In this document: positions 9,751 through 18,932 of the stretch, in pieces
Numbering within the stretch: position 1 is the stretch's first letter
Layout of the letters: every line of letters starts with the position of its first letter
From: Lachnospiraceae bacterium
Lineage (GTDB): Bacteria; Bacillota; Clostridia; Lachnospirales; Lachnospiraceae
DNA length: 64,000 nt
NCBI GenBank assembly: GCA_017460485.1
Contig: JAFUAW010000037.1
Span: 5,195 to 69,194 of the forward strand
Reading direction: 5' to 3'
Made by a program: the position numbers and the translations under genes
The notes under the pieces: model-generated
What the model was told of the DNA's origin: nothing
What the model saw: the letters and a program-made list of their open reading frames with translations, nothing else
Databases searched by the model: none

Positions 9751-10488
9751 TCAATTACTGGGATCCTTATCATCTCTTCCGGAGCCCGACTGCCTATTCA
9801 TTAACCATTCGACCAGAATCAGATCCTTCTCTTCATCAATATCAATTGAATGATCCGGCTGCATAACATAAGCAAGCGTATTGTCATTGAAGCTTGTATC
9901 TTCCGACAAATCTTCAATCCTATTAATATAGATACTTCCATTCACCCGGTAATAATCCGGCATATCCTGCCGCCTGACTGTACTGCTGCCCGCAAGAAGA
10001 TTCCGGACTGTCCCGTCACCATTAATCGTACGGATCAGTATTGGATGATCCTCTACCGGTGATACCGATACCAGTGCCTTCTCTCCTTTTTCTTCAAAGA
10101 GCTCCAATGCCGCGTCAAGATCTTCGGCAGTTCTGAGCGGAGAAGTCGGCTGTAACAATATAAGAATATCATACTCCATTCCGGCATTGTTTTCTTGCCG
10201 CAGCCATCTAACAGCATGAAGAACTGCATCTATCGTCCTCGCAGTATCTGAAGCAAGCCCTGCCGGACGCAGGAACGGAACATACGCGCCATATTCCCTA
10301 GCCACATCCGCAATCTCTTCACTGTCTGTCGTCACAAGAACGGTATCTACATATCGACTGCCCCCTGCCGCTTCAATGGTGTATGCTATCAACGGCTTGC
10401 CATTCAATGTTCGAATATTCTTATTTTTAATCCCCTTGCTTCCGCCGCGTGCCGGGATCAGAGCCAAGATCCGCTTTCCTTGTATCAT
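9751..10488 (-). CDS. neuA: N-acylneuraminate / legionaminate cytidylyltransferase (NeuA/LegF-like)
   Basis: RILALIPARGGSKGIKNKNIRTLNGKPLIAYTIEAA...LLQPTSPLR is the CMP-sugar synthetase motif set. It is the second such enzyme in the window. Confidence 0.7.
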   Translation of the reverse strand: MIQGKRILALIPARGGSKGIKNKNIRTLNGKPLIAYTIEAAGGSRYVDTVLVTTDSEEIADVAREYGAYVPFLRPAGLASDTARTIDAVLHAVRWLRQENNAGMEYDILILLQPTSPLRTAEDLDAALELFEEKGEKALVSVSPVEDHPILIRTINGDGTVRNLLAGSSTVRRQDMPDYYRVNGSIYINRIEDLSEDTSFNDNTLAYVMQPDHSIDIDEEKDLILVEWLMNRQSGSGRDDKDPSN

Positions 10489-10533
10489 AATGATTATTCA
10501 ACCTCTCATTGCATAATCCCTGTGGTAATCCTA

Positions 10534-11508
10534 TTATACGATATACTCTCGGTAATTCTCACTCTTTGGCGGGAGATCATTCGTATCCAGCCTCGGCAGA
10601 AGCATCGGATCATCCACGCCGATCCTTGCCATCCGTGCCTCCACTGTAATTCCCACTTTACATCCGATACTCCTTACATAATTCACAACCGCCTCATTAT
10701 ATCCGCCATACGGATAATTCATCACAAGATACTCTGGATCCATCACATCCGCAAAATAATCTTTGGAATGAGATATGTCCTGCATCATGTGTTCTTCCGT
10801 AACCTTATTGAGCCATATATGATCCGATCCATGAAGCCCGAAGAACATACCTTCCTTTTTCATCTCTCGTATCTCATCCATATTGATATACAATTCTTTT
10901 GCGAACGCTTCTTCCGAAAGATTCATAATATCTAGGAATAATCGATCAACAATCTCATGCCGTAATTTCTCCGGCAGATATGTCTGTAATAATCGTTTTA
11001 AAAATATCACTTCTGCAGGATCCCAGCGATTCGCCCGAGCCAGCTTCGCATATAATTCTTCATTTGGCTCTAATACATAATCATTCTCCCGATAACCATC
11101 CTGTCTGTAATCATCCAGCATTCCGTATAACTTAGACATCAGGCTATTAATATCCGCACCTGCGAGAATATAATGAATCTTATTCGTATCCAGAACTCTG
11201 TGATGCTCCACTACCGCAGACGGAACATAAAAAGATCCCTGCATTCCGCATTGTCTCAGTAATGGAAAGACATATTCATAATGGTCCCTGTATCCATCAT
11301 CAAATGTAAGCAGCATTGCCTGATTCGGAAGAACCGCTTTGCCGCTGACCGCCTCGATCACTTTCTCCACCGTGACTACCTTGAAATTCTTTCCTACAAA
11401 GTTTAACTGCTCCTTGAACAGATCAAGCTCCAATCCTTTGATTCCGGGATATCTGCTATTCTTAATCGGTCGTACATAATGATACATAACTATCGTTAAT
11501 TTCTGCAT
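10534..11508 (-). CDS. Polysaccharide deacetylase (NodB homology, CE4) family protein
   Basis: The LLTFDDGYRDHYEYVFPLL motif (TFDDG) and a later GLHGSDH match the NodB domain. The N-terminus IVMYHYV is typical of this family. Confidence 0.75.
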   Translation of the reverse strand: MQKLTIVMYHYVRPIKNSRYPGIKGLELDLFKEQLNFVGKNFKVVTVEKVIEAVSGKAVLPNQAMLLTFDDGYRDHYEYVFPLLRQCGMQGSFYVPSAVVEHHRVLDTNKIHYILAGADINSLMSKLYGMLDDYRQDGYRENDYVLEPNEELYAKLARANRWDPAEVIFLKRLLQTYLPEKLRHEIVDRLFLDIMNLSEEAFAKELYINMDEIREMKKEGMFFGLHGSDHIWLNKVTEEHMMQDISHSKDYFADVMDPEYLVMNYPYGGYNEAVVNYVRSIGCKVGITVEARMARIGVDDPMLLPRLDTNDLPPKSENYREYIV

Positions 11509-11664
11509 ACACCTATACCCTCATTACAATCCATGGATACAATATAATAATTATATATTTTTATCGTAGATTCGTCTACCTTGAATATAGAAATAGACAT
11601 ATGTTCCATACGAATTCTCGTTCCATTTTTGTCAGATATAACTTACAAATTTATAAATTATATG

Positions 11665-11693
11665 TTGATTGTCAGTTATAAAAGTTTTATAAT
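11665..11693 (+). promoter_or_regulatory. Sigma-A promoter TTGATT-N17-TATAAT
   Basis: Near-consensus -35 and -10 with a 17-nt spacer, about 34 nt upstream of the ATG at 11727. Confidence 0.6.
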
Positions 11694-11726
11694 GATGCCA
11701 TACTATAAACAAAGGCGGTGGTATTC

Positions 11727-12941
11727 ATGATCAAGCGCGAAAGATATATGGAAAAAATCAGACCCTTCATAGGAAATGAACTGATCAAGGTTCTGACCGG
11801 ACTGAGGCGTTCCGGAAAATCTGTAATGCTGGAACTAATAAAAACAGAGCTTTTGGAACAAGGCATTTCCGAGTCGCAGTTCGTCACGTTCAATTTTGAA
11901 TCTCTTGCTAACGAAAAATTCTGTACCTCCTCCGCCTTATACAAAGAATTGACCTCTCGAATTGCACAGATTGCCGGAAAAGCATACCTTTTCTTTGATG
12001 AGATCCAGGAGGTTACTGATTGGGAAAAATGTATCAATTCAGCTCGTGTTGACTTTGACTGCGACATCTATATCACAGGCTCCAACGCAAAATTACTCTC
12101 TGGCGAGCTTGCAACTTATCTCGGCGGCAGATATGTCGAATTTGTCATATATCCGTTCTCTTTTGAAGAGTATCTGGATAGTCGACACCAATCTGATGAT
12201 AATCTCAATACAACAGATGAATTCCGCAAATACCTTGCTTTCGGTGGAATGCCCTTTTTGACGAATCTGTCCGATAACAAGCCAGCGGCACTCCAATATC
12301 TTAAGGATGTGTACAGCTCCGTCATCCTCAAAGATGTAATCAGAAGAAACAGCATTCGTGATGTAGATCTTCTTGAACGAATCATCGCGTATATGATAGC
12401 AGGCATTGGACATTCTTTCAGCGCAAGAAGCATATCAAAATATTTTAAAAGTGAGAACCGAAAAGTCGCTCCTGAAACAATCTTGAATTACATTAAGGCC
12501 TGCTGCGACGCATATCTTCTTTACAAAATCAATCGCGAGGATCTGACCGGCAAAAAGGTTCTCTCCATCAACGAGAAATACTACATTGTCGATCACGGTC
12601 TAAGAGAAGCCGTTTATGGCAGCAATGCCCGGGATATGGATCAGCTTCTCGAGAATATCGTTTGTATGGAACTTCTGCGTCGCGGCTATGATGTCACAGT
12701 CGGAAAGACCGGAGAAAAAGAAATCGACTTCATCGCCAAGAAGGACAACCATAGGCTCTATATTCAGGTTGCTTATCTGCTTGCCTCCAAGGAAACAATC
12801 GAGCGCGAATTCGGAGTCTATAACAGCATTCGTGACAACTATCCCAAGTATGTTGTTTCTTTGGATAACTTCAATATGAGCCGTAATGGTATCCAACATC
12901 TGAATATCTGCGATTTTCTCCTGCAAAATGAATGGAGCTGA
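11727..12941 (+). CDS. AAA+ ATPase with DUF4143-type C-terminal domain
   Basis: Walker A GLRRSGKS, Walker B LFFDEIQ, and a C-terminal half typical of the widespread ATPase-plus-DUF4143 family. The ATG at 11727 has a GGCGGTGG RBS. Confidence 0.7.
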   Translation: MIKRERYMEKIRPFIGNELIKVLTGLRRSGKSVMLELIKTELLEQGISESQFVTFNFESLANEKFCTSSALYKELTSRIAQIAGKAYLFFDEIQEVTDWEKCINSARVDFDCDIYITGSNAKLLSGELATYLGGRYVEFVIYPFSFEEYLDSRHQSDDNLNTTDEFRKYLAFGGMPFLTNLSDNKPAALQYLKDVYSSVILKDVIRRNSIRDVDLLERIIAYMIAGIGHSFSARSISKYFKSENRKVAPETILNYIKACCDAYLLYKINREDLTGKKVLSINEKYYIVDHGLREAVYGSNARDMDQLLENIVCMELLRRGYDVTVGKTGEKEIDFIAKKDNHRLYIQVAYLLASKETIEREFGVYNSIRDNYPKYVVSLDNFNMSRNGIQHLNICDFLLQNEWS

Positions 12942-12984
12942 TCTGTCTAAAGCCCCTACCCTTACGTGATTTGTCTGATTCTTA

Positions 12985-13677
12985 CTATACGATCTCTAGT
13001 GTCTCGATCAGGCTCTCCATGCCGTGTCCCGGAAAGACTATCGTTCCCTCCGGAAACGCTTCCAGTATCGGTTTGGTAATATTCTTGTATGCCGCTTTAT
13101 CGCCGCTTGGAAGACGTGTGATCACCTTCGCTCCTTGTACCAGACTATCTCCGGAGAACAGATATGTCTTCTGATCCGACTTCACAACGATACAGATGCT
13201 CCCCGGTGAATGCCCCGGGGTCTCAATGAGTTCAAACTGAATCCCCTGCCAGACAAGCTCATATCTGCCCGTAAATCCGACATCCACCTCACAGCTGTAC
13301 TGACCGCCGAACAATTCCTGCGCCTGCTGAACTTCATCATCCGAGCGTCCTATAAAGATTGCCATAAAATATGCGGAAAGATTCTTATCCGGTATCGGAA
13401 CCATCTGTTTACAGGTATCACTGCCATACACCGTGCAATCGGTGATCAGCTCCCGAACCGCATTCACACCGGATATGTGGTCATAATGTTCATGTGTCAA
13501 GATCATTGTTACTCTTTGAATCCCCTGATCTTCCAACATGCGGAAAGCTTCCTCCGATACATGCGGATCAATGATCAGAGCTTCATTCCCACTAAGGATC
13601 ATATACATATTCGAATGAATGACCGGCATGTCATATTGGTAAACGATCCTATCATCCAGCTTATATTGACATATCAT
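12985..13677 (-). CDS. MBL-fold metallo-hydrolase
   Basis: The THEHYDHISG (HxHxDH) metal-binding motif and a later GHSPGS. The start overlaps the upstream stop in an ATGA junction. Confidence 0.8.
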   Translation of the reverse strand: MICQYKLDDRIVYQYDMPVIHSNMYMILSGNEALIIDPHVSEEAFRMLEDQGIQRVTMILTHEHYDHISGVNAVRELITDCTVYGSDTCKQMVPIPDKNLSAYFMAIFIGRSDDEVQQAQELFGGQYSCEVDVGFTGRYELVWQGIQFELIETPGHSPGSICIVVKSDQKTYLFSGDSLVQGAKVITRLPSGDKAAYKNITKPILEAFPEGTIVFPGHGMESLIETLEIV

Positions 13678-15260
13678 CTGATCTCTACCTTCTCAATCCT
13701 ACAGGTGTGTTGCTTCGTGTCCGCATCATAATTCACACCCACTAACAAAATATCCCCACCATAACCTTCCAATACAGACGGATACTTCTTTTCTTTGATC
13801 TGCGCGATTGCGCCGTCCTCTGTCTGGTTCCATTTCAGTTCGATCACGAAAACCGGATAGGCAGAATCCTTTTGGGGATAATAGACAAGATCTGCATATC
13901 CTTTTCCGGACGGTAATTCCTCAAACTTCAAAAAATGATCCCAATAACTGAAATATGCTAATTTGATCACACTTCTTAGTGCCTGCTCATTATTATAGAA
14001 TAACGATGTCGTCTCGTCATCATGAACCTTCTCGATTTGAGCAGCTACAGCCTGCTCATTCATATGAATGGTATTCTCGATCAGCTGATCGCTATCCTGT
14101 ACACGCTGTATCGTTTCCGAATGCTCCACTTCCCGAATCGTACGCGCAAATTCAACCCGAATCTCTTCATTCGGAATCCGAACCGTTGAGCTTGCCTCAT
14201 CGTATGCCAGATACCCAAAATGAATAAGCAGTGTAAGAACATCATCCTTACTTCGGAAGGATACCAGATCATTATCAAAACCATCCGGATCGATCTTAAT
14301 CCGAATTCCACCGATCAATTCCGCAACTGCCTTTGCCAATCCCTGATAATCCATACTTACATACTTAAGCAGTGATTCTGATGCCGAAGTCTTGCACCAA
14401 TATGATCTGTAATTCTTAGTACGCATCACTTCCATGATGGCAAATGGATTATAGATGGATCCCACCTGCGGGAAATAATAACCGTCATACCACCGCTTCG
14501 TCTCTTCAAAATCCATCTGATTCTTCTCGCAAAGATCCCGAACCTCTTCTTCGGTAAATCCGACAAATTCCTGATATTCGTCCGGATACAGCATGGTATA
14601 CTCCGTAAAATCAGACAGGGCGGACTGTGAGCCATCCTTCTTGATCGGCAGGATTCCTGTCATATAGACACCATCAAAGATCCGGTCGGTCGTACCGCTC
14701 CCCTTAAATAGCATTCGAAGGAAATCCAGATATTTTTTCTGGACAGAAAAGTCCGTCCTGCTATCACGTATCAAGGCATCCCATTCATCAATGATCGCGA
14801 TGAATTTGTTGCCCGTATACAGAGTTGTATTCAATAACGTCTCATCAAAGGAATGCCCCGCCTTAACATCCGGATAACTCTCCATCAACTCAGCTGTAAC
14901 AGTTTTCTGAATAAACGGGACGATATCTGCCCCGGAAGCCTTCCCCATAATATTAGTCATATCCAGATATATCACATCATAATGATTCAAATGCTCCAAA
15001 TATGTCGCAGAATATCTCTCATCCGTTGCAATCTTCAGATCATCAAATAACACATGAGAATCACAGGTCTTATCATAATAGGCGCATAACATCTTTGCCG
15101 CATATGATTTTCCAAATCTGCGAGGTCTGCTGATAAAGATCATCTTTCTCTTTGTCCCGATCGTCTTATTCATTACCCCCAGCATTCCTGTCTTATCGAT
15201 ATATGTTCCCTTACATATCGCAGAAAAGCCTTCATTCCCCGGGTTCAGATATACTCCCAT
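13674..15260 (-). CDS. Predicted AAA-ATPase fused to a PD-(D/E)XK nuclease-like domain
   Basis: MGVYLNPGNEGF...YIDKTG...SRPRRFGKSY (P-loop) at the N-terminus. The C-terminus ...GYADLVYYP...VFVIELKW resembles PD-(D/E)XK (DUF1703-like). I prefer the ATG at 15260 over the TTG at 15296. Confidence 0.65.
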   Translation of the reverse strand: MGVYLNPGNEGFSAICKGTYIDKTGMLGVMNKTIGTKRKMIFISRPRRFGKSYAAKMLCAYYDKTCDSHVLFDDLKIATDERYSATYLEHLNHYDVIYLDMTNIMGKASGADIVPFIQKTVTAELMESYPDVKAGHSFDETLLNTTLYTGNKFIAIIDEWDALIRDSRTDFSVQKKYLDFLRMLFKGSGTTDRIFDGVYMTGILPIKKDGSQSALSDFTEYTMLYPDEYQEFVGFTEEEVRDLCEKNQMDFEETKRWYDGYYFPQVGSIYNPFAIMEVMRTKNYRSYWCKTSASESLLKYVSMDYQGLAKAVAELIGGIRIKIDPDGFDNDLVSFRSKDDVLTLLIHFGYLAYDEASSTVRIPNEEIRVEFARTIREVEHSETIQRVQDSDQLIENTIHMNEQAVAAQIEKVHDDETTSLFYNNEQALRSVIKLAYFSYWDHFLKFEELPSGKGYADLVYYPQKDSAYPVFVIELKWNQTEDGAIAQIKEKKYPSVLEGYGGDILLVGVNYDADTKQHTCRIEKVEIR

Positions 15261-15285
15261 GTTCAAATCTCCCATAAGTATACAA

Positions 15286-15313
15286 AATGGTGTCAACCAA
15301 TGTTGACACCATT
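15286..15313 (-). terminator. Rho-independent terminator candidate ending the left transcription unit
   Basis: A perfect 12-bp stem AATGGTGTCAAC / GTTGACACCATT with a 4-nt loop, followed on the minus strand by TTTTGT. It lies about 235 nt downstream of the methyltransferase stop. Confidence 0.5.
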
Positions 15314-15546
15314 ATATACTACACATAAGAATATTGCAAAAAGGAATAATACCTCGATATAGATTCTCATTGGAATAACTTTTCTGCATATACCATAAAA
15401 GAATTCGTCATCGGGATTTAATTATACTACCATAATTTTTATGTCTTTTCATATATCTTAACTTCCTAAAATAGTTCCACACAAATCTATTTTCGAGCTT
15501 TCTTCCACGTCCTTTCTACGCACTTTTACTAGTTGTTCAAAAGGTC

Positions 15547-16761
15547 TCACTCTTTCTTAAAAACACATATATTTTGAGCCGCATATTTTGCTGGCAATGT
15601 TGCAATTATTTCTCGTTCAAATCTATGTAACACATCTGCCATTACTTTATCTTTACATGCTGCGTGTTCTGCATGACCTAACGCAAACATTTCTTCTCTC
15701 GTAAGATAATCCTTCCAAATTGCATTCTGATACAAGAAATCTACAGGTATCATCTTTTCTAACCTTACTCCTCCGACTTCTTCACATGCATGGACTAATT
15801 CCGTCTCTGTTATTGTTGAATACCACTTTCCAACTCCACCTGCTATATAACTCGCCGCCAGAATTCTATCCTCAGATATTCTTTTCAAATGTTCAGCATT
15901 ATACATATTATAAACTATATATCCACCTCTTTTTAATACTCTAACATGTTCCTCAAAAAATTTTTCCCAATCCATAAAATGAATCATTGCATCACACGAT
16001 ACTACCACATCAAAACTATCATCTGAAAAAGGAAGTTTCTCATCTTGGACTATCACTGTTTCAATTTCCGATGCCTTCTGTAACAGTACATCAAGCATGG
16101 ATTCACTAGTATCAACTGCAGTTACTTTAGCACCTTTATCATAGCATGCAATTGATAACCTACCAGTACCTGCTCCAATATCCAAGACCTTATCTCCCTG
16201 TCTGACATAATCCAGATAGTAGTATTTTGTTACCACATCAAAGAAATATTTTTCAACTTTTGTTTCATATATTGTACCTGACGCTGCATCTTTCCACCCA
16301 TTATACTTAGACTCATCTTTAATATGCACATCTTTGGTGAGTAAACCAGCAATTTTATTAGGATCAAGGTTTATTTCCACTTCAAAAAAAGGACATGTAT
16401 CATTATCATCATATAAAGAAATAATCTTCTTTTCTTTTATATCCACCATTTCTGAAATAAAAGCAATTATCTCTTTTCTTTTATAGAAACTAGAAACAAT
16501 CACAACATCTGCCCAGTCCAAAATCTCACGCGATGTTTTCTCGATTTCTATTTCATTAATACTACCGACAACATAGCTATCACATATTCTATATCTAAAA
16601 TCTGGAAGACAGCAATACGCAAATAAGCATTGTGTATGTATCCCCCCACCAAAGAATAATACTCTGTTCCTAATATCGATACTATCTAATTTTTTTTGAA
16701 CCATAACAGCCTTTTTAACTAAAGGAATATTATCATTATTAATTCGTATTATTTTATTCAT
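15547..16761 (-). CDS. Two-domain protein: N-terminal Rossmann-like domain plus class I SAM-dependent methyltransferase
   Basis: Motif I VLDIGAGTGRLS and downstream FDVVVSCDAMIHF. The N-terminal 130 aa (VLFFGGGIHT...DVVIVSSF) is a separate small alpha/beta domain. Confidence 0.7.
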   Translation of the reverse strand: MNKIIRINNDNIPLVKKAVMVQKKLDSIDIRNRVLFFGGGIHTQCLFAYCCLPDFRYRICDSYVVGSINEIEIEKTSREILDWADVVIVSSFYKRKEIIAFISEMVDIKEKKIISLYDDNDTCPFFEVEINLDPNKIAGLLTKDVHIKDESKYNGWKDAASGTIYETKVEKYFFDVVTKYYYLDYVRQGDKVLDIGAGTGRLSIACYDKGAKVTAVDTSESMLDVLLQKASEIETVIVQDEKLPFSDDSFDVVVSCDAMIHFMDWEKFFEEHVRVLKRGGYIVYNMYNAEHLKRISEDRILAASYIAGGVGKWYSTITETELVHACEEVGGVRLEKMIPVDFLYQNAIWKDYLTREEMFALGHAEHAACKDKVMADVLHRFEREIIATLPAKYAAQNICVFKKE

Positions 16762-17117
16762 TTTCCTTATCCCTTCTATACCAATTTTTCATATGCACCA
16801 GCTCAAATTAATTGTATAAATACTGAAAACAATTATTCATTCAAAAAAATATGAGTTTCAGTAAAACACTTTAATTGTATATTATGTCCACCAATTTCAT
16901 ATTCATGCCAACAGAATTAAAAATAAGCGGAAGTACTTTAAATCCTAAATTATTTTTTTTATGGCATTATTCATCCTACAAACAGGATTTTCTTGGTAGA
17001 TTTTTGTATCCAAATGAAAAGGGGGATCATTTTCAATCATTTTTTTTAACTCTTCAACATTTTCAAAACATCTACCAAATTTGAATATTAATTTTGACTC
17101 AGCATATTCGTCTTCCT

Positions 17118-18365
17118 TTAATCCCCCCTACAATACACATAAACTCTTCGATTAAGCTCCAAAGCCTCAATTAATGCTGTACTCTCAATCCCTACAACAC
17201 AATATGACCTTTGTATATAGTAATTGATATCATGATTCATATTAATTCCTTGTACAAATACTTTAGAAAAATTAAGCTTAGGATACTTTTTATTCCAAAT
17301 ATACCGTTCTTCGGGATGTAATCTAAAAGAAACACAATATTTTGTTTCATCAAGACTCTCAGAAAGAGATATTGCCAACTCCATCAAACCACTCGTAGAA
17401 ATTGCGTTAGAAATAATTAAGATTTCTTTCATATTATTGGGTAATTCATTTTTATTACCCATATGATTTAGCTCATGAATGCGTTTTTCATGAAAGGCAT
17501 TTCCAATAGGCATTATGTTTTCTCTAGGGATTGGAAGATAATGATAATATAATAAATCTAAAGAACTCAGCCCCCAAAAATAGTCAGGAAAAGTTGCGAT
17601 TTTTTTCTTGTAAGCAAAACACCGTTGTGTATTATGCGGAATATCCATCATGCCATGTTCGTATTCAATCGATTTCACACCACACATTTTCGCAGCTTCT
17701 ACTAAATAATTAACAGATAATTGCATTCTCATAGTTATAATCAAAACTTTGGGGCGAACAATTTTTAAGATGGCATAATATAGCTTAATATATCTTTCAT
17801 AATTTTGAACTATTGAATGTATCGCTTGACTGATTTCTTTTTTTTCAGAATCATCTAATTCAATCGAAAAATCTTTTTCCAATTTCTGACAAAAGCGATA
17901 AGTTTCTCTAGTAATATCGCTATCTTCATGTATTTTTACAGCTAGATGATTAGGGTCAAACAAAATCATGTTATCATGGGGTGGCACAACAATACAAGCG
18001 TTCCCAATAGGTTCTAGAACAAAAAAACTATAATTTAGTTCTGGCAAAAAATCGTCTAAATATGGAGAATGCCATTTCCCATCTATTTTTTGTCTTCTTC
18101 CCGAATTAAAAAAAAGAACATCCGCTTTTTTTAAAGATGACCAGTCAAAATATTTATAAATATCCCATTTAGAAGCATTCTCATTGGACTTTAAATAATG
18201 ATAATTAATGTAATATGGAATCTTTTCAATTTTCTTAAAAACTATTCTGCCAATTATATCACGTAAATATGGCCAAATATTAACCTTTGCAATTTTCCAT
18301 CCAAATAGATGATTATCATCCTCCCATTCTGCAAAACGTTTCACAAATTCAAATCCTTTATCCAT
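17118..18365 (-). CDS. Hypothetical protein, possible GT-B-like surface-carbohydrate enzyme
   Basis: A long ORF in a visibly A/T-rich stretch. The C-terminal part (ILIISNA...FRLHPEE...VVGIESTALIEAL) resembles the C-terminal half of a GT-B fold. I recognised no family securely. Confidence 0.3.
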   Translation of the reverse strand: MDKGFEFVKRFAEWEDDNHLFGWKIAKVNIWPYLRDIIGRIVFKKIEKIPYYINYHYLKSNENASKWDIYKYFDWSSLKKADVLFFNSGRRQKIDGKWHSPYLDDFLPELNYSFFVLEPIGNACIVVPPHDNMILFDPNHLAVKIHEDSDITRETYRFCQKLEKDFSIELDDSEKKEISQAIHSIVQNYERYIKLYYAILKIVRPKVLIITMRMQLSVNYLVEAAKMCGVKSIEYEHGMMDIPHNTQRCFAYKKKIATFPDYFWGLSSLDLLYYHYLPIPRENIMPIGNAFHEKRIHELNHMGNKNELPNNMKEILIISNAISTSGLMELAISLSESLDETKYCVSFRLHPEERYIWNKKYPKLNFSKVFVQGINMNHDINYYIQRSYCVVGIESTALIEALELNRRVYVYCRGD

Positions 18366-18400
18366 AAATCCTCTCCAAAGCTATTACAAATAATATGCTT

Positions 18401-18907
18401 TCATAAACTATTATCAATAAGTTCTTCCAAAGAAATAACATTGTATTTATTCGGCAATATTTTTTTTATTGAATCATAATCAAAAAAGGCCGTCACGATA
18501 ATTGCGTCCACTTTTTCCAGATCATCATTTGGCAAATATATCGGAACCCCAATATCATTCATTGAGATATTTGCATCTATTCCATATACTATATCTATCT
18601 TTTCTTCACCCATTAAATTATTATATCGAATATCTTCCACTAATCTATTTCCAACTCTACCCATTCCATAAATCGCGATCGAGCGAATTCCTCGTCTTGA
18701 CAACCGATAATTAAGAGAGATACCAGCATTCTTTAATTCCATCCAATTATTAAACACATCATACCATTGAAAATACTTTTCATATTCTTTTTGGAGAAAA
18801 TCGACCCTTTCTTTTATATATATATAATCAATTTTTTTAGAACAAAACTTGCCCAATACAACACCAATTATAAAAGAAAAAATCATTTTTAGACTCGTCT
18901 TCATCAT
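18401..18907 (-). CDS. Small membrane-anchored protein with a Rossmann-like domain
   Basis: An N-terminal hydrophobic helix (LKMIFSFIIGVVLGKF), then IAIYGMGRVGNRL...DAIIVTAFF. This resembles the N-terminal domain of the 15547..16761 protein. Confidence 0.35.
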   Translation of the reverse strand: MMKTSLKMIFSFIIGVVLGKFCSKKIDYIYIKERVDFLQKEYEKYFQWYDVFNNWMELKNAGISLNYRLSRRGIRSIAIYGMGRVGNRLVEDIRYNNLMGEEKIDIVYGIDANISMNDIGVPIYLPNDDLEKVDAIIVTAFFDYDSIKKILPNKYNVISLEELIDNSL

Positions 18908-18932
18908 GTACCTCTATATTTTTTCATTATAT

